64,000 bases of DNA from an uncultured Nitrospiraceae bacterium (GTDB lineage: Bacteria; Nitrospirota; Nitrospiria; Nitrospirales; Nitrospiraceae), in NCBI GenBank assembly GCA_963706325.1, contig CAVPLT010000001.1, positions 992,001 to 1,056,000 of the forward strand, read 5' to 3'. Below the pieces are notes generated by a model. It saw only the letters and a list, made by a program, of their open reading frames with translations, searched no databases and was not told the DNA's origin. A program made the position numbers and the translations under genes. Positions 10,572-22,462 of the stretch are shown piece by piece; the stretch's first letter is position 1; each line of letters starts with the position of its first letter.

Positions 10572-12470
10572 CTAGAACAGCAAATACACGGTCAAAATAA
10601 CCACGGCGCCAAGTGTCATGCCGAGGGCGTAATGTTGCGTTTGTCCGCTCTGCGTCAAACGAATGATCCAGCCTCCCCAGGCAACGGCGCGGGCGACTCC
10701 GTTGACCGCGCCATCGATGATCGAGACATCGACATGTTTCCACAGACCGTTAGCGGCTGATAACGTAGGACGGACAAACCAGCGGTCGTAGATCTCATCG
10801 ACATACCACTTGTGAAGCGACAACTCGTAGGCCGTGCGCCACTGCTGCGCGAGCCGATTCGGCAAGTTGGGGTTCAGCACATACAGATAGTACGCGGCAC
10901 CGATCCCGGAGAGTCCCATCAAGGTAGCGAACGCCATGATGCCATAGGCGGCAGGGCCTTCATGCTGCGCGGCCGCGTTGTGGCCGTGGAAGACCGGTTC
11001 CAAAAATTCGGGAATGCCTAGATAGCCGGCGACGATACTGAGGACCGCAAGAATCATCAGCGGTACCGTCATCGTGGTCGAAGGTTCATGAATGTGGCCC
11101 GCATGATGAGGATCGACATGAGAGGGCCCCCAGAAGGTCATGAAGACCAGACGGAAACTGTAAAAAGCCGTAAGGCCTGCGGTCAGCAGTCCGCAAACCG
11201 TCAGGAACTGTCCTAACGGACCGGCCGACCATGAAGAGATCAGGAGATCGTCCTTGCTGAAGAAGCCTGCCGTCAGAGGGAAGCCCGCCAGCGCGAGCGA
11301 TCCAACGAGAAAGGTCCAATAGGTGACCGGAAGCTTGTCTTTCAAGCCGCCCATGCGCCGTATGTCCTGCTCATGGTGCAAAGCGATGATCACCGAGCCG
11401 CAACCGAGGAACAGCAGTGCTTTGAAGGCGCCGTGAGTCAGGAGGTGGTACATGCCTGCGCCGTAAGCGCCCAAGCCGCATGCCATCACCATGTAGCCGA
11501 GCTGGCTCATCGTCGAATAGGCCACCACACGCTTAATGTCGGTCTGGGTGAGGGCAATCGTTGCTCCCAGTACCATGGTGAGGGCGCCGACGAGGGCGAC
11601 GACCGTCATGGCGGTGGGCGAAAGGTTATAGAGCGGCGACAATCGCGCGACCATGAAGACCCCGGCCGTCACCATGGTGGCGGCATGGATCAATGCGGAG
11701 ATCGGCGTCGGTCCCTCCATGGCATCGGGGAGCCAAACGTGTAAGGGAACCTGCGCGGATTTTCCGACCGCTCCGGTAAAGAGCAGAAGGCAGATCATCG
11801 TCATCACTGAGACATCCCATGTCCCGCCGAAGGGTCCGAGCAAGTTCATTGTTTTGGATGCCAGGTCTTGAGCTTGCGCAAACATCGTGGCGTAATCGAG
11901 GGAGCCGAAGGAATACCATACCAGGAACAAGCCGAGGATGAAGCCAAAGTCTCCCACACGGTTAACCAAAAAGGCTTTGGTGGCGGCGGCGCAGGCGCTC
12001 GGTCGCTCATACCAATGGCCGATCAGCAAATAGGAGCAGAGCCCCACCGCTTCCCAGAAGACGAACAGTTGCAGCAGATTGTCCGCCATGACCAGCATCA
12101 GCATGGAAAAGGTGAACAGGGCGATATAGGCGAAGAAGCGGGCGTATCCCGGTTCTCGCTGCATGTAGCCGATCGTGTAGATGTGCACCAGGGTGCTGAC
12201 GGTCGTGACCAGCACCAGCATGACGGCAGTCAGCCGATCGATCGAGATTCCGATATGGATATCCAGGTTTCCCGAGGTCAGCCAGGTGTAGAGGGGGACA
12301 TTTACAGGATGGCCGGTGGCGACGTCGCACAGCGCCAATAGCGAGAGCACGAAGGACCCCACCATGGCTGGAACGGCAATCAAGTGCGCCCGTTCCTTAA
12401 TCCATTGTTCACCGATGCCCACGATCAAGAAGGCGAACAAGGGGAGAAATGGAATCAGTGTGTAGAGCAT
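10572..12470 (-). CDS. nuoL: NADH-quinone oxidoreductase subunit L
   Basis: GKSAQVPLHVWLPDAMEGPTPISALIHAATMV and C-terminal TQSG. Confidence 0.97.
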   Translation of the reverse strand: MLYTLIPFLPLFAFLIVGIGEQWIKERAHLIAVPAMVGSFVLSLLALCDVATGHPVNVPLYTWLTSGNLDIHIGISIDRLTAVMLVLVTTVSTLVHIYTIGYMQREPGYARFFAYIALFTFSMLMLVMADNLLQLFVFWEAVGLCSYLLIGHWYERPSACAAATKAFLVNRVGDFGFILGLFLVWYSFGSLDYATMFAQAQDLASKTMNLLGPFGGTWDVSVMTMICLLLFTGAVGKSAQVPLHVWLPDAMEGPTPISALIHAATMVTAGVFMVARLSPLYNLSPTAMTVVALVGALTMVLGATIALTQTDIKRVVAYSTMSQLGYMVMACGLGAYGAGMYHLLTHGAFKALLFLGCGSVIIALHHEQDIRRMGGLKDKLPVTYWTFLVGSLALAGFPLTAGFFSKDDLLISSWSAGPLGQFLTVCGLLTAGLTAFYSFRLVFMTFWGPSHVDPHHAGHIHEPSTTMTVPLMILAVLSIVAGYLGIPEFLEPVFHGHNAAAQHEGPAAYGIMAFATLMGLSGIGAAYYLYVLNPNLPNRLAQQWRTAYELSLHKWYVDEIYDRWFVRPTLSAANGLWKHVDVSIIDGAVNGVARAVAWGGWIIRLTQSGQTQHYALGMTLGAVVILTVYLLF

Positions 12471-12485
12471 GGCCGATACGGGAGA

Positions 12486-12791
12486 CTAGCGTTTCAACAA
12501 ATTGAGGTCGTCGACGTAGATCGATGAGTTTGCCCGATGAAGGGCGATAATAATGGCCAGGCCGACGGCAACTTCAGCCGCCGCCACAGTGAGAGCAAAG
12601 AACACGAACACTTGCCCAGCGACATTGTGAAAGTATTCAGAGAAGGCCACAAAGTTGATATTCGTGGCATTCAGCATCAATTCGACGGACAGCAAAATGA
12701 CGATGATGTTGCGGCGAATTAATACCCCAATCACTCCGGTGAGGAATACAAACCCACTCAAGATCAAATAGTAGGATAACGGAACTGTCAT
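12486..12791 (-). CDS. nuoK: NADH-quinone oxidoreductase subunit K
   Basis: RRN..ELMLN, AAAEVAVGLA. Confidence 0.97.
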   Translation of the reverse strand: MTVPLSYYLILSGFVFLTGVIGVLIRRNIIVILLSVELMLNATNINFVAFSEYFHNVAGQVFVFFALTVAAAEVAVGLAIIIALHRANSSIYVDDLNLLKR

Positions 12792-13318
12792 GGCCTCACC
12801 GATGGGGACGGCGCACTCTCACCGGTATCCTTCTTGGCCAAAATGATCGCCCCGATCATCGCGACCAACAAAATCAGAGATGCGACCTCAAAAGGGAATA
12901 GATAGGTGGAGTACAGGACTTCGCCGATCGTTTCGGTATTGCCGGCTGCGGCGACCGGATCAGCCGGAGGCGCTGCCCCAGATGCCCCTACGCGAGATTG
13001 AATAAGAAGCAGAACCACTTCCGTACACAACACGACGCCGAGCAGCCCCGCGACCGGCAGTTGGTTGTGATAGCGCTCCTCGGTCTTCACATTCAGCAGC
13101 ATGACCACGAAGAGATACAGAACCAGGATCGCACCGGCATAGACGACGATCTGGACCGCGGCCAGAAACTCCGCATGCAGGGTGACGTACAGGCCCGCGA
13201 CATGAAAAAACATGATCAGCAGGGCAAGAGCGCTGTAGACGGGATTTCGCAGTGTCACGACCAAAAGCGAGGTGACTGCGATCACGCCGGCGAAATAGAA
13301 GAAAAAAATGTGGTCCAT
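12788..13318 (-). CDS. nuoJ: NADH-quinone oxidoreductase subunit J
   Basis: NPVYSAL, QIVVYAGAILVLYLFVVMLL, PFE. Confidence 0.96.
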   Translation of the reverse strand: MDHIFFFYFAGVIAVTSLLVVTLRNPVYSALALLIMFFHVAGLYVTLHAEFLAAVQIVVYAGAILVLYLFVVMLLNVKTEERYHNQLPVAGLLGVVLCTEVVLLLIQSRVGASGAAPPADPVAAAGNTETIGEVLYSTYLFPFEVASLILLVAMIGAIILAKKDTGESAPSPSVRP

Positions 13319-13447
13319 GTGGCTGTCGAGTATCCCAAATCAGGCCCAACCCCTCTTGCTCCCTGTTGTCTTGCGCATTGTCCGATGACAGCCCGCTGCG
13401 ACTCGCTCCTCTCTGTGCCGGGGGATCACGGAGAGCGAGCCGGGCGA

Positions 13448-14023
13448 TTAATGCTCCTTTTGCGGGAGATTCTTGAATGCGACGTTGAAAAACGCCACAT
13501 TGCGGTGCTGTAGCTCAAGGCGTTTTTCCCGAACGGGAAAGGAGCGGTCGCCGATGGCGAGCAGTTGCTCCTTGTTAAGATGGAGCTGGCGCTTGTCGTA
13601 GACGGCCCATTCAAACTCGCGCGTCATTCCCAAGGCATCTACCGGGCAGGCATCCACGCAGAGGCCACAGAAGAGACAGCGGGTCATATCCATGTAGTAT
13701 TCTTTGGAGTACCGCTTGGTCGGTTCCCCGGGGACTTCAGCGCTGACGACTCGAATCACGCGCGAGGGGCAGGCGGCCTCGCAGAGATCGCAGCCGACAC
13801 ATTTCTCGGTGCCATCGTCGTATCGCAGCAAGGCGAGCATGCCGCGATAGTTATCCGGCAAAATGCGCTTCTCGTGCGGGTACTGCAGGGTGATCGGTTT
13901 GTAGTTAAGCAAATGCGTGAGTGTGGCTTTCATGCCTATGAGGAGTTCGTAGAAGGTCAACGTCTTCAGCCAATCGCTGAGAGATAGTTTTCGTTTCGGT
14001 TGTGCCGAGACGGCGGCGTTCAT
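13448..14023 (-). CDS. nuoI: NADH-quinone oxidoreductase subunit I
   Basis: Two CxxCxxCxxxCP [4Fe-4S] motifs and TLQYP. Confidence 0.96.
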   Translation of the reverse strand: MNAAVSAQPKRKLSLSDWLKTLTFYELLIGMKATLTHLLNYKPITLQYPHEKRILPDNYRGMLALLRYDDGTEKCVGCDLCEAACPSRVIRVVSAEVPGEPTKRYSKEYYMDMTRCLFCGLCVDACPVDALGMTREFEWAVYDKRQLHLNKEQLLAIGDRSFPVREKRLELQHRNVAFFNVAFKNLPQKEH

Positions 14024-14032
14024 GTCCCTCCG

Positions 14033-15100
14033 TTACCGAGGAAAGAAATAGGCGGCGATGGCTGTCAGCACGATGTTTCCCAACGCGATGGGTAACATCA
14101 CTTTCCAGCCGAACCGCATCAGTTGGTCATATCGCAAGCGCGGCAGTGTCGCGCGTAACCAGAAAAACAGGAACAGAAAGAAGTACACCTTGACGGCAAA
14201 CCAGACGACGTTTTCCATCCAGGCGATGCGTTCCAGGCCGATGTATTCGAGGATGGTGCCGGGATAGGGCGCGTTCCACCCTCCGAGGAACAGCGCGGCC
14301 GCCACGCAGGAGACCAAAATCATGTTGGCGTATTCCGCGATGAAGAAAAAGGCGAAGCGCATGCCGCTGTACTCGGTGAAGAATCCTGCCACCAGCTCGC
14401 TCTCCGCTTCGGGCAGGTCGAATGGGACACGGTTGGTTTCCGCTACCGCGGAAATGACGTAGACCACGAAGGCGAAAATTTGCGGGAACGGCATGGCCAG
14501 GACGTACCAATTCCAAAACCCGCCGGCCTGCGCCTCCGTGATCTTCACGAGGCTGAGCGAGCCGGAGAGCAGAATGACGCCGACGATCGCGAGTCCGACG
14601 TTCAATTCGTAGCTGATCACCTGCGCGGCGGAACGGAGTCCGCCGAGAAGGGAATACTTACTGTTCGAGGACCAGCCGCCCAGGATGATCCCGAAGGCGC
14701 CGATCGAGGCAAAGGCCAAAATGTAGAGAATCCCGATGTTGATGTCGCTGATGATGAACGGCTTGATCTGCATGCCGAATAGCTCGATGGTCATGCTCGG
14801 ACCAAACGGGATCACCGCAAAGCCGATCATCGCGGGCACGAGCGCCAGGATCGGCGCGAGGGTAAACAGGAACTTGTTGGCTCCGGCCGGGATGATGTCT
14901 TCTTTGAAGAATAATTTGAGACCGTCCGCGATCGGTTGCAGAACGCCATAGGGGCCGACTTCCATCGGGCCCATGCGATCCTGCATCCAGCCGAGAACTT
15001 TCCGCTCGGCGAGGGTGAGGACCATGACGGTCAGCATCACCACCCCCATCACTGCGGCGATTTGAGCCAACGACACCGCCAGTCGCAATCCAATATCCAT
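14033..15100 (-). CDS. nuoH: NADH-quinone oxidoreductase subunit H
   Basis: [41 protein letters not shown]. Confidence 0.97.
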   Translation of the reverse strand: MDIGLRLAVSLAQIAAVMGVVMLTVMVLTLAERKVLGWMQDRMGPMEVGPYGVLQPIADGLKLFFKEDIIPAGANKFLFTLAPILALVPAMIGFAVIPFGPSMTIELFGMQIKPFIISDINIGILYILAFASIGAFGIILGGWSSNSKYSLLGGLRSAAQVISYELNVGLAIVGVILLSGSLSLVKITEAQAGGFWNWYVLAMPFPQIFAFVVYVISAVAETNRVPFDLPEAESELVAGFFTEYSGMRFAFFFIAEYANMILVSCVAAALFLGGWNAPYPGTILEYIGLERIAWMENVVWFAVKVYFFLFLFFWLRATLPRLRYDQLMRFGWKVMLPIALGNIVLTAIAAYFFPR

Positions 15101-15125
15101 AACGACAATACTCCCTCGTTCTGTC

Positions 15126-17795
15126 TTACGAGACCTTCTCTAACGACACCCGCGCGAGCTTAAAATAGGGGATTTGAGTCTGGGGATCAATCATCCAATC
15201 AGCGAGCTGCTTGGCCTCGCCATCAAAATGTTCCGGGAACCAGACCAAGCCGACGGGCACACGCTCGCGCACCTTTACGGTCGTTGTCATGGCCGCACGT
15301 GGATTCGAAACCCGAACCTGTCCTCCGTCCGTCAGGCCCAATTTGGCGGCATCCACCGGATTGATCGACAGAAAGCCCTCTTGCTGCAATTGGAGAAGTC
15401 CCTTGGAGCGGGTCGACAACTTTCCGGAATGAAACAGTGTCTGGACGAACATAAGGGTGAATTGATCGCTGTCTGTCGAACGCGCCGGTGAGAGGGCATA
15501 ACGAGTCGCCAGATCGTCTGTAAATCCTTTGGTCAGATATTGGGTCAAAATGGGCTGATCCACTTTAGGTGTCGTCGGCGTCGGTCCCAGCAGACTATAA
15601 CCAGGGATAACACTTCGAATCTCTTTCAAGATTTCACGCGCATCTCCGTATTCAAGAGGCGAACCCATCAGCACGGAGATGGCTGAGAGTATTTCCCAAT
15701 CGGGACGGCTGTCGCCCACCGGATCAATCGCTTGGCGGACCGCCTGGACATGTCCTTCGGAGTTCGTAAAGGTTCCGTGTTTCTCCACATACGAAGAGGC
15801 CGGCAGCACCACATGGGCCATTGCTGCGGTTTCGGTGAGGAACAATTCCTGGCAAACCAGCAGCTCCAGCTTCGCGAGGCCTTCCTTGGCTTGGGCTGCG
15901 GCAGGCAGAGTGCCGACGGGGTTTTCTCCAACGATAAACATCGCTTTCATCGCGCTCTTGTTTGCAGCGGCCAGCATGTCGGTCAGCGAGGCGCCGGGAG
16001 TGCGAGGTAATTCCTCCCGCCACACTGTCGCGATGCGGTCGCGGGCGGCCTGGTCGTTGAGAGGCGCAGGACCTGGGAAAAATTCGGCCATCGCGCCCAT
16101 TTCAACAGCGCCTTGATCGTTGTTCTCTTCAGCGAGTGGCCCAAGCCCGCACCCTGGTTTGTCGAGTTTGCCCAGCAGGATCAGCAGATCCAGGAGATTC
16201 GTGAGGATGTCCTGTCCGCCTGGCTGACGCAGCACGCCATTTCCGACCAGGATGACCAACCGCTTCGCCATGGCCAATGTCTGCGCAGTCTCCGCCCACT
16301 GGGATCGTGTCTGACCGGTGGCCGCTTCCAAGGCCTCCCAGGAAGCGCCCGCCACAGCGGAAGTCAGGCGTTGCACAAATTCCGACGCCTGTTGAGACGT
16401 GGTCGCGTCGAACAGGTTCTGTTCGAGGACTGCTTTGATCAATCCGATGACGGTATTCCCGAATTGCGCCGGGTAGGTGAGGAAATGCTGGGCGGCCAAG
16501 TTGACGATATTGCTCAGCGTATCGATTGCCGGTTGCAGGGTTTCGATCGTCACGAGCGTCGCCTGACGTTTTTTGACGGCTTCTTTCACCCTGAGGCCCG
16601 TGACAGGACTCGTCTCGGTAATATTCGTGCCGACCAGGAGCAGAGTGTCGGCGGCGGTAATGTCTTCGAATGCGATGCTCCACCGGTGGGTGCCCTGCAC
16701 CCGTCGCAAGGCCTGCACCCCGCTGATATGTCCATACCGAGCGCTGCTGTCGATGTGATTGGTGCCGATCACCTGGCGCATGAATTTCTGAAACAGATAG
16801 AGGTCTTCGTTGGTGCAGCGAGACGTGATGAGCCCGCCGAACGCATCCGGCCCATGAGATAACTTCAGGCGCAACGCCTGCTCGGCAACATATTCCAGCG
16901 CATCTTCCCAGGTGGCCTCGACCAATGTGCCGTTGCGGCGGATCAGAGGGTGCATGAGACGGTCGGGGTGGGTGGAGACATGGAAGCCGAAAAAGCCGCG
17001 TGCGCAAAGATCGCCGTTGTTCCGGCCCGCTCCATACTGCGAGTTGACCTCGATCAGTTCGTTGCCCTTGGTTTGCACGGTAATCCGGCAGCCGTCCCCG
17101 CAGAAGGTGCAAATGGTTTCGGCCCGCTTGAGCATCCAGGGGCGATATTCGTACATGGACAGGCGGCTCACGATGGCCCCAACGGGACAGATCTGCACGC
17201 AGCCCCCGCAAAATTCGCAGTCGAGCTGATGGGCCGCGAAATGTTTGATCTCGGTCATGGTGCCGCGGCCGACCGGCGCCAGCGCTTTCACGTCCATGAC
17301 TTCGTCGCAATAGCGGACGCAGCGCAAACATTGCACGCAGCGGTTCATCTGCGTTTCTATGAGCGGGCTAAAGTATTCCTTCTGGAAGATGCGCTTGGTC
17401 TCCGTAAATCGGCTTGTCGTCGGGCTGTATTGGTGTGAAAAGTCTTGCAGGTCGCACTTCCCCCCTTGATCGCAGACCGGACAATCGAGCGGATGGTTGG
17501 CCAGGATGAATTCCAGCACTGATTTATGCGCATCGTCGACGACGGTGGTGGCGGTTCGAACGGACATGCCTTCGGCCACCGGCGTACTGCAGGCGGTCTG
17601 GAGTTTCGGCATCTTTTCGACTTCGACGAGGCACATCCGGCAGTTGGCGTCCGGCTTCAGTTTGGGGTGGTAGCAGAAATGCGGAATCATCACGCCCACG
17701 CGCCGGGCCGCTTCTATAACGAGCGTGCCCTTGGGGACCGCAACCGTGGTGCCGTCGATCGTGAGGCGAACTGTTTCTGTCATTGGATCAGCCAT
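15126..17795 (-). CDS. nuoG: NADH-quinone oxidoreductase subunit G
   Basis: [31 protein letters not shown], CxxCxxC motifs, CTFCGDGC; molybdopterin-fold C-terminus. Confidence 0.95.
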   Translation of the reverse strand: MADPMTETVRLTIDGTTVAVPKGTLVIEAARRVGVMIPHFCYHPKLKPDANCRMCLVEVEKMPKLQTACSTPVAEGMSVRTATTVVDDAHKSVLEFILANHPLDCPVCDQGGKCDLQDFSHQYSPTTSRFTETKRIFQKEYFSPLIETQMNRCVQCLRCVRYCDEVMDVKALAPVGRGTMTEIKHFAAHQLDCEFCGGCVQICPVGAIVSRLSMYEYRPWMLKRAETICTFCGDGCRITVQTKGNELIEVNSQYGAGRNNGDLCARGFFGFHVSTHPDRLMHPLIRRNGTLVEATWEDALEYVAEQALRLKLSHGPDAFGGLITSRCTNEDLYLFQKFMRQVIGTNHIDSSARYGHISGVQALRRVQGTHRWSIAFEDITAADTLLLVGTNITETSPVTGLRVKEAVKKRQATLVTIETLQPAIDTLSNIVNLAAQHFLTYPAQFGNTVIGLIKAVLEQNLFDATTSQQASEFVQRLTSAVAGASWEALEAATGQTRSQWAETAQTLAMAKRLVILVGNGVLRQPGGQDILTNLLDLLILLGKLDKPGCGLGPLAEENNDQGAVEMGAMAEFFPGPAPLNDQAARDRIATVWREELPRTPGASLTDMLAAANKSAMKAMFIVGENPVGTLPAAAQAKEGLAKLELLVCQELFLTETAAMAHVVLPASSYVEKHGTFTNSEGHVQAVRQAIDPVGDSRPDWEILSAISVLMGSPLEYGDAREILKEIRSVIPGYSLLGPTPTTPKVDQPILTQYLTKGFTDDLATRYALSPARSTDSDQFTLMFVQTLFHSGKLSTRSKGLLQLQQEGFLSINPVDAAKLGLTDGGQVRVSNPRAAMTTTVKVRERVPVGLVWFPEHFDGEAKQLADWMIDPQTQIPYFKLARVSLEKVS

Positions 17796-17899
17796 AGTCA
17801 GACTACATATCCTGATGTGCCGACGGGTTCATGTGGAAAGCGTGCAACGTGATGGACTCGCGAAGACTCTCCAGCCACATGTCGGCACAAGGCTCCATG

Positions 17900-19207
17900 C
17901 TACGTTCTCGTTCCGACCGGATCAGGTCGTATCAAATTCGCCGCCTCGGCGGCATGAATCAGCGTGACATACTCGTGCCGCCAATGCTTGAGCGTGCTCA
18001 TAATAGGGGACACCTCGGCATCACCGAAGGCGCAGACCGTGCGTCCGGCGATGTTTTTGCACAGGTCGGTCAAAGTTTCCAGGTCCGACATCTGCCCGCG
18101 CTTCTTCACGATCCTGCGCATGATTTGCACGAGCCATGAACTGCCCTCCCGGCAAGGACTGCATTTCCCGCAAGACTCGTGATAGAAAAACTCCATCAGG
18201 CGCAATGCAGCCCATACCATGTCGGTGCCTTCTTCCATGACCGTGACACCGCCTGAGCCCAACATCGATCCAGCCTGCGCCACCGATTCGAAATCCAATT
18301 TGACGTCTAAATGATCAGGGGTCAGAAAAGGCGCGGACGCGCCGCCTGGAATGAAGGCTTTGAGTTTCTTGTCCGATCGCATGCCGCCGGCTTGTTCGTA
18401 AATCAAATCCCGGAAGGTGATCCCCATCGGAACTTCGTAATTGCCCGGCCTGGCCACATGGCCGCTCACGCAGAACACCCGAGTGCCCGTACTCTTCGGC
18501 GGCGAGCCGATCGAGGCGAACCATTCGGCCCCGCGAGTCAAGATATGCGGCAGATTGGCCAGGGTCTCGACGTTGTTCACCACGGTGGGCTTATTATAGA
18601 GCCCGTGCGTGGCGGGGAATGGCGGCTTGACGCGTGGGAGGCCGCGTTTGCCTTCGAGAGACTCAAGGAGGGCCGTTTCCTCGCCGCAAATATAGGCGCC
18701 GGCGCCCCGGTGGACCCAGACATCGATGGTGCTGTTACCGCCGAGAATATTTTTGCCGACATACCCGGCGGCGCGGGCTTCCGCGAGCGCACGTTCAAGG
18801 ATCTTGGCCCCCAGGACAAATTCGCCACGGATATAAATGTAGGAACTAACGGCGCCGATCGCGTAACAAGCGATCACAATGCCCTCGATCAATTGGTGCG
18901 GATCACGCTCGATCAACTGGCGATCTTTAAAGGTGCCGGGCTCGCTCTCATCGGCATTGCAGCAGAGGTAGCGCGGTCCTTTGTAGTCCTTGGGAAGAAA
19001 TCCCCACTTGACTCCGGTGGGGAATCCCGCACCGCCGCGTCCGCGCAACCCCGACTTCATGACCGTGGCCGTCACATCCGCTGGGCTGACCTTCCCGACC
19101 ACTTTCCGTAGCGCCTGGTATCCGCCCGCGCGCTCATATTCGGCCAGTGAGCCCGTATAGCCGGGTTGCAGCATGTTCTTCAGAAGAATCGGTTCGTACG
19201 TCTTCAT
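17900..19207 (-). CDS. nuoF: NADH-quinone oxidoreductase subunit F
   Basis: GLRGRGGAGFPTG, NADESEPGTFKD, GAGAYICGEE, ESCGKCSPCREG. Confidence 0.98.
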   Translation of the reverse strand: MKTYEPILLKNMLQPGYTGSLAEYERAGGYQALRKVVGKVSPADVTATVMKSGLRGRGGAGFPTGVKWGFLPKDYKGPRYLCCNADESEPGTFKDRQLIERDPHQLIEGIVIACYAIGAVSSYIYIRGEFVLGAKILERALAEARAAGYVGKNILGGNSTIDVWVHRGAGAYICGEETALLESLEGKRGLPRVKPPFPATHGLYNKPTVVNNVETLANLPHILTRGAEWFASIGSPPKSTGTRVFCVSGHVARPGNYEVPMGITFRDLIYEQAGGMRSDKKLKAFIPGGASAPFLTPDHLDVKLDFESVAQAGSMLGSGGVTVMEEGTDMVWAALRLMEFFYHESCGKCSPCREGSSWLVQIMRRIVKKRGQMSDLETLTDLCKNIAGRTVCAFGDAEVSPIMSTLKHWRHEYVTLIHAAEAANLIRPDPVGTRT

Positions 19208-19229
19208 ACCCTTAATCTCGTGCAGCGCC

Positions 19230-19303
19230 GCACGTGGAGCGTGAAAGCGCGGGAAGTTCCCTCAGTTCGAATTGCGACCGTCGAAAGACGATTCACGTTT
19301 CAC
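19230..19303. repeat. Degenerate heptamer repeats (CGTGAAR / TTCACG) in inverted arrangement
   Basis: CACGTGGAGCGTGAAAGCG...GATTCACGTTTCACGC between nuoE and nuoF; similar tract at 54475-54580. Confidence 0.5.
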
Positions 19304-19836
19304 GCACCCGGCTTCGCCACGGCCGGTTCCGGCCACATAAAGGGACCGGTCTTCAGCGACGAAGCGCCTGTGTCTCGCAAATCGGCCAGGATGCGATCGA
19401 GTTTGGCCTCGGTCAGCCGTTCGTAGTAATCATCGTTGATCTGCATCATCGGAGCGGTCCCGCAGGCGGCCAAACATTCTACGGCGCTCAACGTGAACAA
19501 TTTGTCTGCCGTCGTCTCGCCTGGTCTGATGCCCAGTTTCGTGCCGATCCAGCCGATGAGGGTATCAGAACCGACGAGCGCGCACATCAGCGATTTGCAG
19601 ACCTGAATGTGAAACGTTCCCACCGGCTTCAGATTCAACATCGTGTAAAACGTGGCTGTCTCATACACCTGCGGCGTGGTCAGCTTCAAGATGCCGGCGA
19701 TTTCCTGCATGGCTGATTCCGTGACATAGCCCTGTTCTCGTTGCGCGAGATATAGCAGGGGCAAAAGCGCCGACCGCCTTACCGGATACCGGCTCAGAAT
19801 ATCGTCGATTTCTGCCTGGTGCGTTTCTTTCAACAT
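19300..19836 (-). CDS. nuoE: NADH-quinone oxidoreductase subunit E
   Basis: ATFYTM, C-x4-C ... C-x3-C [2Fe-2S] ligands. Confidence 0.96.
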   Translation of the reverse strand: MLKETHQAEIDDILSRYPVRRSALLPLLYLAQREQGYVTESAMQEIAGILKLTTPQVYETATFYTMLNLKPVGTFHIQVCKSLMCALVGSDTLIGWIGTKLGIRPGETTADKLFTLSAVECLAACGTAPMMQINDDYYERLTEAKLDRILADLRDTGASSLKTGPFMWPEPAVAKPGA

Positions 19837-19942
19837 TATCTCTTATCTATGCCCGCTACCAAGATAAGGCGTGAGGGCACCATGTTCCAACGTGCGCGCG
19901 TCCGCAAGTAGCCCCGCACAAGCCAAGAAACGCAGGTGTATG

Positions 19943-20009
19943 GCGCCTCCAAGTGCGCGCATCGAGCGAGCACATTCTGATCGTGCGCGATCTGCGAGCA
20001 AGGAGGCAC
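19943..20009 (+). repeat. Family-C intergenic hairpin element
   Basis: GCCTCC-AAGTGCGCGCATCGAGCGAG..GCGCGATCTGCGAGCAA-GGAGGC. Confidence 0.75.
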
Positions 20010-20024
20010 TATCGACCCTGGCGT

Positions 20025-21776
20025 TCATCTATCACATTCTCCCATCACGATGTCGTAGGTCCCGAAGATTGTGATGATGTCCGAGATTAAATACCCGCGG
20101 GCCATGTGGTCGAACGCGCCCATATGAATGAAAGAGGGGGCGCGTATTTTCATTCGGTAGGGCCGAGGGCTTCCGTCACTGACGATGAAGAAGCCGAGCT
20201 CCCCCTTGGGCACTTCCGTGCCGCAATAGGTTTCGCCCTTCGGCGGCTTGAAGCCCTGCGTGAAAATAATGAAGTGGTGAATCAGGCTCTCCATGTCCCG
20301 CATAACCTTGTCCTTGGGCGGGGGAATGACGTGCGGCACATCTGCCATGATCGGCCCCTCCGGCATCTGGTCGAGGCACTGCGCGATGATGCGCGCGCTT
20401 TGCCGAAGCTCTTCCATGCGAACCCAGTAGCGATCGTAGGTATCGCCCTGTTTGCCGACGGGCACTTCCCATTCGACCTTGTCATAGACTCCGTAGGGCT
20501 CGTACTTGCGCACGTCGTAGTCCACGCCGGATCCTCGCAATGTGGGGCCGGTGAGCCCGAAATTGATCGCGTCTTCCGCTGAAATCACCGCCACGTTTCT
20601 CGTTCGTCCCACCCAAATTCGATTGGACATGAGGAGCTGGTTGTACTCGTTGACCTTGTCCGGGAATGTATGCAGAAATGCTTTCAGCCGAGCTACGAGA
20701 TCAGGCGTGAAATCACTGTCCACTCCGCCGATGCGGTAGTAATTCAACGTCAAGCGCGCGCCGCACAGCTTTTCGAACATATCCAGGAGCACTTCGCGCT
20801 CCCGAAAAGTCCAAAAGAACACGGTCATGGCCCCGATGTCGAGGGCCTGCGTGCCGAGCCAGAACAAGTGCCCGACGATCCGTTGCATCTCCGCGACCAG
20901 CGTGCGGACATATTCCGCTCGTTCAGGTACCGTGATATCCAGCAGTTTCTCTACCGTGCGGACGTACGCGTAATTATTCGTCATGGCGCACACATAATCG
21001 AGTCGGTCGGTGTGCGGGATGATCTGCATATAGTGGAGGCCTTCGGCCAGCTTTTCGACTCCCCGGTGCAGATACCCGAGGTCCGGTGTCGCCTTCACGA
21101 TCCGCTCGCCGTCCAATTCCAATACCACTCGGAGCACGCCGTGCGTACTGGGGTGTTGCGGCCCCATGTTCAGCAGCAACTCCTCGCGGCGGCGCGTGCC
21201 TCCTGTCGGTGCGGTCGCAAGGAAGGCCTGTTTCTCTTTGTCGGGAATCTCCCCTTCCGTTTGCTCGGCGGGTGCTTCATCCAGACGCGGAATGAATGGA
21301 AAAGAACTGCGCCAGCCGCGCCCTTCGGTCGGGAAATCTTTCCGAAGCGGATGGCCTTCCTCATAGTCTTCCGGCAACAGGATGCGCCGCAGATCGGGAT
21401 GCCCCACGAAGATAATGCCCATGAGATCGAAAACCTCACGCTCCATGAACTCGGCGCCTTTCCAGATGCCGGTGACGGACGCGATTTCCGGAGCGTCTTC
21501 AGTGACGCGGGCCTTGACCCTGATACGCCGCCGATGCGGCAATGAGAGCAGTTGGTACACGACTTCGAAGCGTTCCGGATCGTCGGGATAATCCACCGCG
21601 CAAATGTCGGTGATATGGTCGAACGACGCTTCAGGCGTCTCGTGAAGCCAGCGCGCAATATCGACGATCCGCGCGGCGGCCACGCGAGCTGTCACCTCAT
21701 TTCGAGCGGTATCCACCTCCACGCCTCGGATGGCGTCGGGAAAGGCGGTCATCAGTCGTTCAAGCAGCGGTTGCAT
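20025..21776 (-). CDS. nuoCD: Fused NADH-quinone oxidoreductase subunit C/D
   Basis: EREVFDLMG, HPDLRRIL, HPLRKDFP (C part); NMGPQHPSTHGVLR, GYLHRG, C-terminal GECDR (D part). Confidence 0.96.
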   Translation of the reverse strand: MQPLLERLMTAFPDAIRGVEVDTARNEVTARVAAARIVDIARWLHETPEASFDHITDICAVDYPDDPERFEVVYQLLSLPHRRRIRVKARVTEDAPEIASVTGIWKGAEFMEREVFDLMGIIFVGHPDLRRILLPEDYEEGHPLRKDFPTEGRGWRSSFPFIPRLDEAPAEQTEGEIPDKEKQAFLATAPTGGTRRREELLLNMGPQHPSTHGVLRVVLELDGERIVKATPDLGYLHRGVEKLAEGLHYMQIIPHTDRLDYVCAMTNNYAYVRTVEKLLDITVPERAEYVRTLVAEMQRIVGHLFWLGTQALDIGAMTVFFWTFREREVLLDMFEKLCGARLTLNYYRIGGVDSDFTPDLVARLKAFLHTFPDKVNEYNQLLMSNRIWVGRTRNVAVISAEDAINFGLTGPTLRGSGVDYDVRKYEPYGVYDKVEWEVPVGKQGDTYDRYWVRMEELRQSARIIAQCLDQMPEGPIMADVPHVIPPPKDKVMRDMESLIHHFIIFTQGFKPPKGETYCGTEVPKGELGFFIVSDGSPRPYRMKIRAPSFIHMGAFDHMARGYLISDIITIFGTYDIVMGECDR

Positions 21777-21786
21777 CGTCCTCGAT

Positions 21787-22266
21787 TTACTTCACGAATA
21801 CTCGCTCGCGCTGGATCTTTTGCTGCAGTTTCAGGAGGCCGTCCAGCAACGCTTCCGGGCGAGGGGGGCAACCGGCAATATACACGTCGACCGGAATGAT
21901 CTGGTCGACTCCCTGGACCACCGCGTAGCTGTTGTAGTGATTGCCGGACGTGGCGCAGGATCCCATGGAGATGACGTAACGCGGCTCCGGCATCTGATCG
22001 TAGATCCGGCGGATGACCGGCGCCATCTTTCGGCAGACGGTTCCCGCTACGATCATCAAGTCTGATTGGCGAGGCGACGCGCGGAAGACACCCGCCCCGA
22101 ACCGGTCGATGTCGTAGCGCGAGGACACGCTCGCGATCATCTCGATGGCGCAACAGGCCAAGCCGAACGTCATGGGCCACAAGGAAGACTTGCGCGCCCA
22201 ACAGACGAGGGCATCGAGATTCGTCGTCATGATGTTGGCATCGAGCTGGCGTTCTAAAAAGCTCAT
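21787..22266 (-). CDS. nuoB: NADH-quinone oxidoreductase subunit B
   Basis: [25 protein letters not shown]. Confidence 0.98.
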   Translation of the reverse strand: MSFLERQLDANIMTTNLDALVCWARKSSLWPMTFGLACCAIEMIASVSSRYDIDRFGAGVFRASPRQSDLMIVAGTVCRKMAPVIRRIYDQMPEPRYVISMGSCATSGNHYNSYAVVQGVDQIIPVDVYIAGCPPRPEALLDGLLKLQQKIQRERVFVK

Positions 22267-22302
22267 AGCCTTTTCCTTTCTCTCCCCAGTTGGAGGGGAT
22301 GA

Positions 22303-22445
22303 GCGGTCTGCCCTTCACTGCGCGCGTCGAACGAGGTCTTCTGAGGCGCGCGTTTCGCGAGGTGCGCGACGCGACGAATAAGGAGCGTCATGTCTGCGCA
22401 CGCCGGCGAGATGGTGAGCCGGCCGTGTCCGATGCCGGATACCGC
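22303..22445 (+). repeat. Family-C element with module B inserted
   Basis: CCTTCACTGCGCGCGTCGAACGAG...GCGCGTTTCGCGAG followed directly by module B (22359-22430). Confidence 0.8.
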
Positions 22446-22462
22446 TTCTTCCACGCCCACGC

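Noticed and set aside
16129..17331. 400-aa alternate-frame ORF
   Set aside because: Lies within nuoG; Arg/Pro-rich off-frame artefact of high GC.
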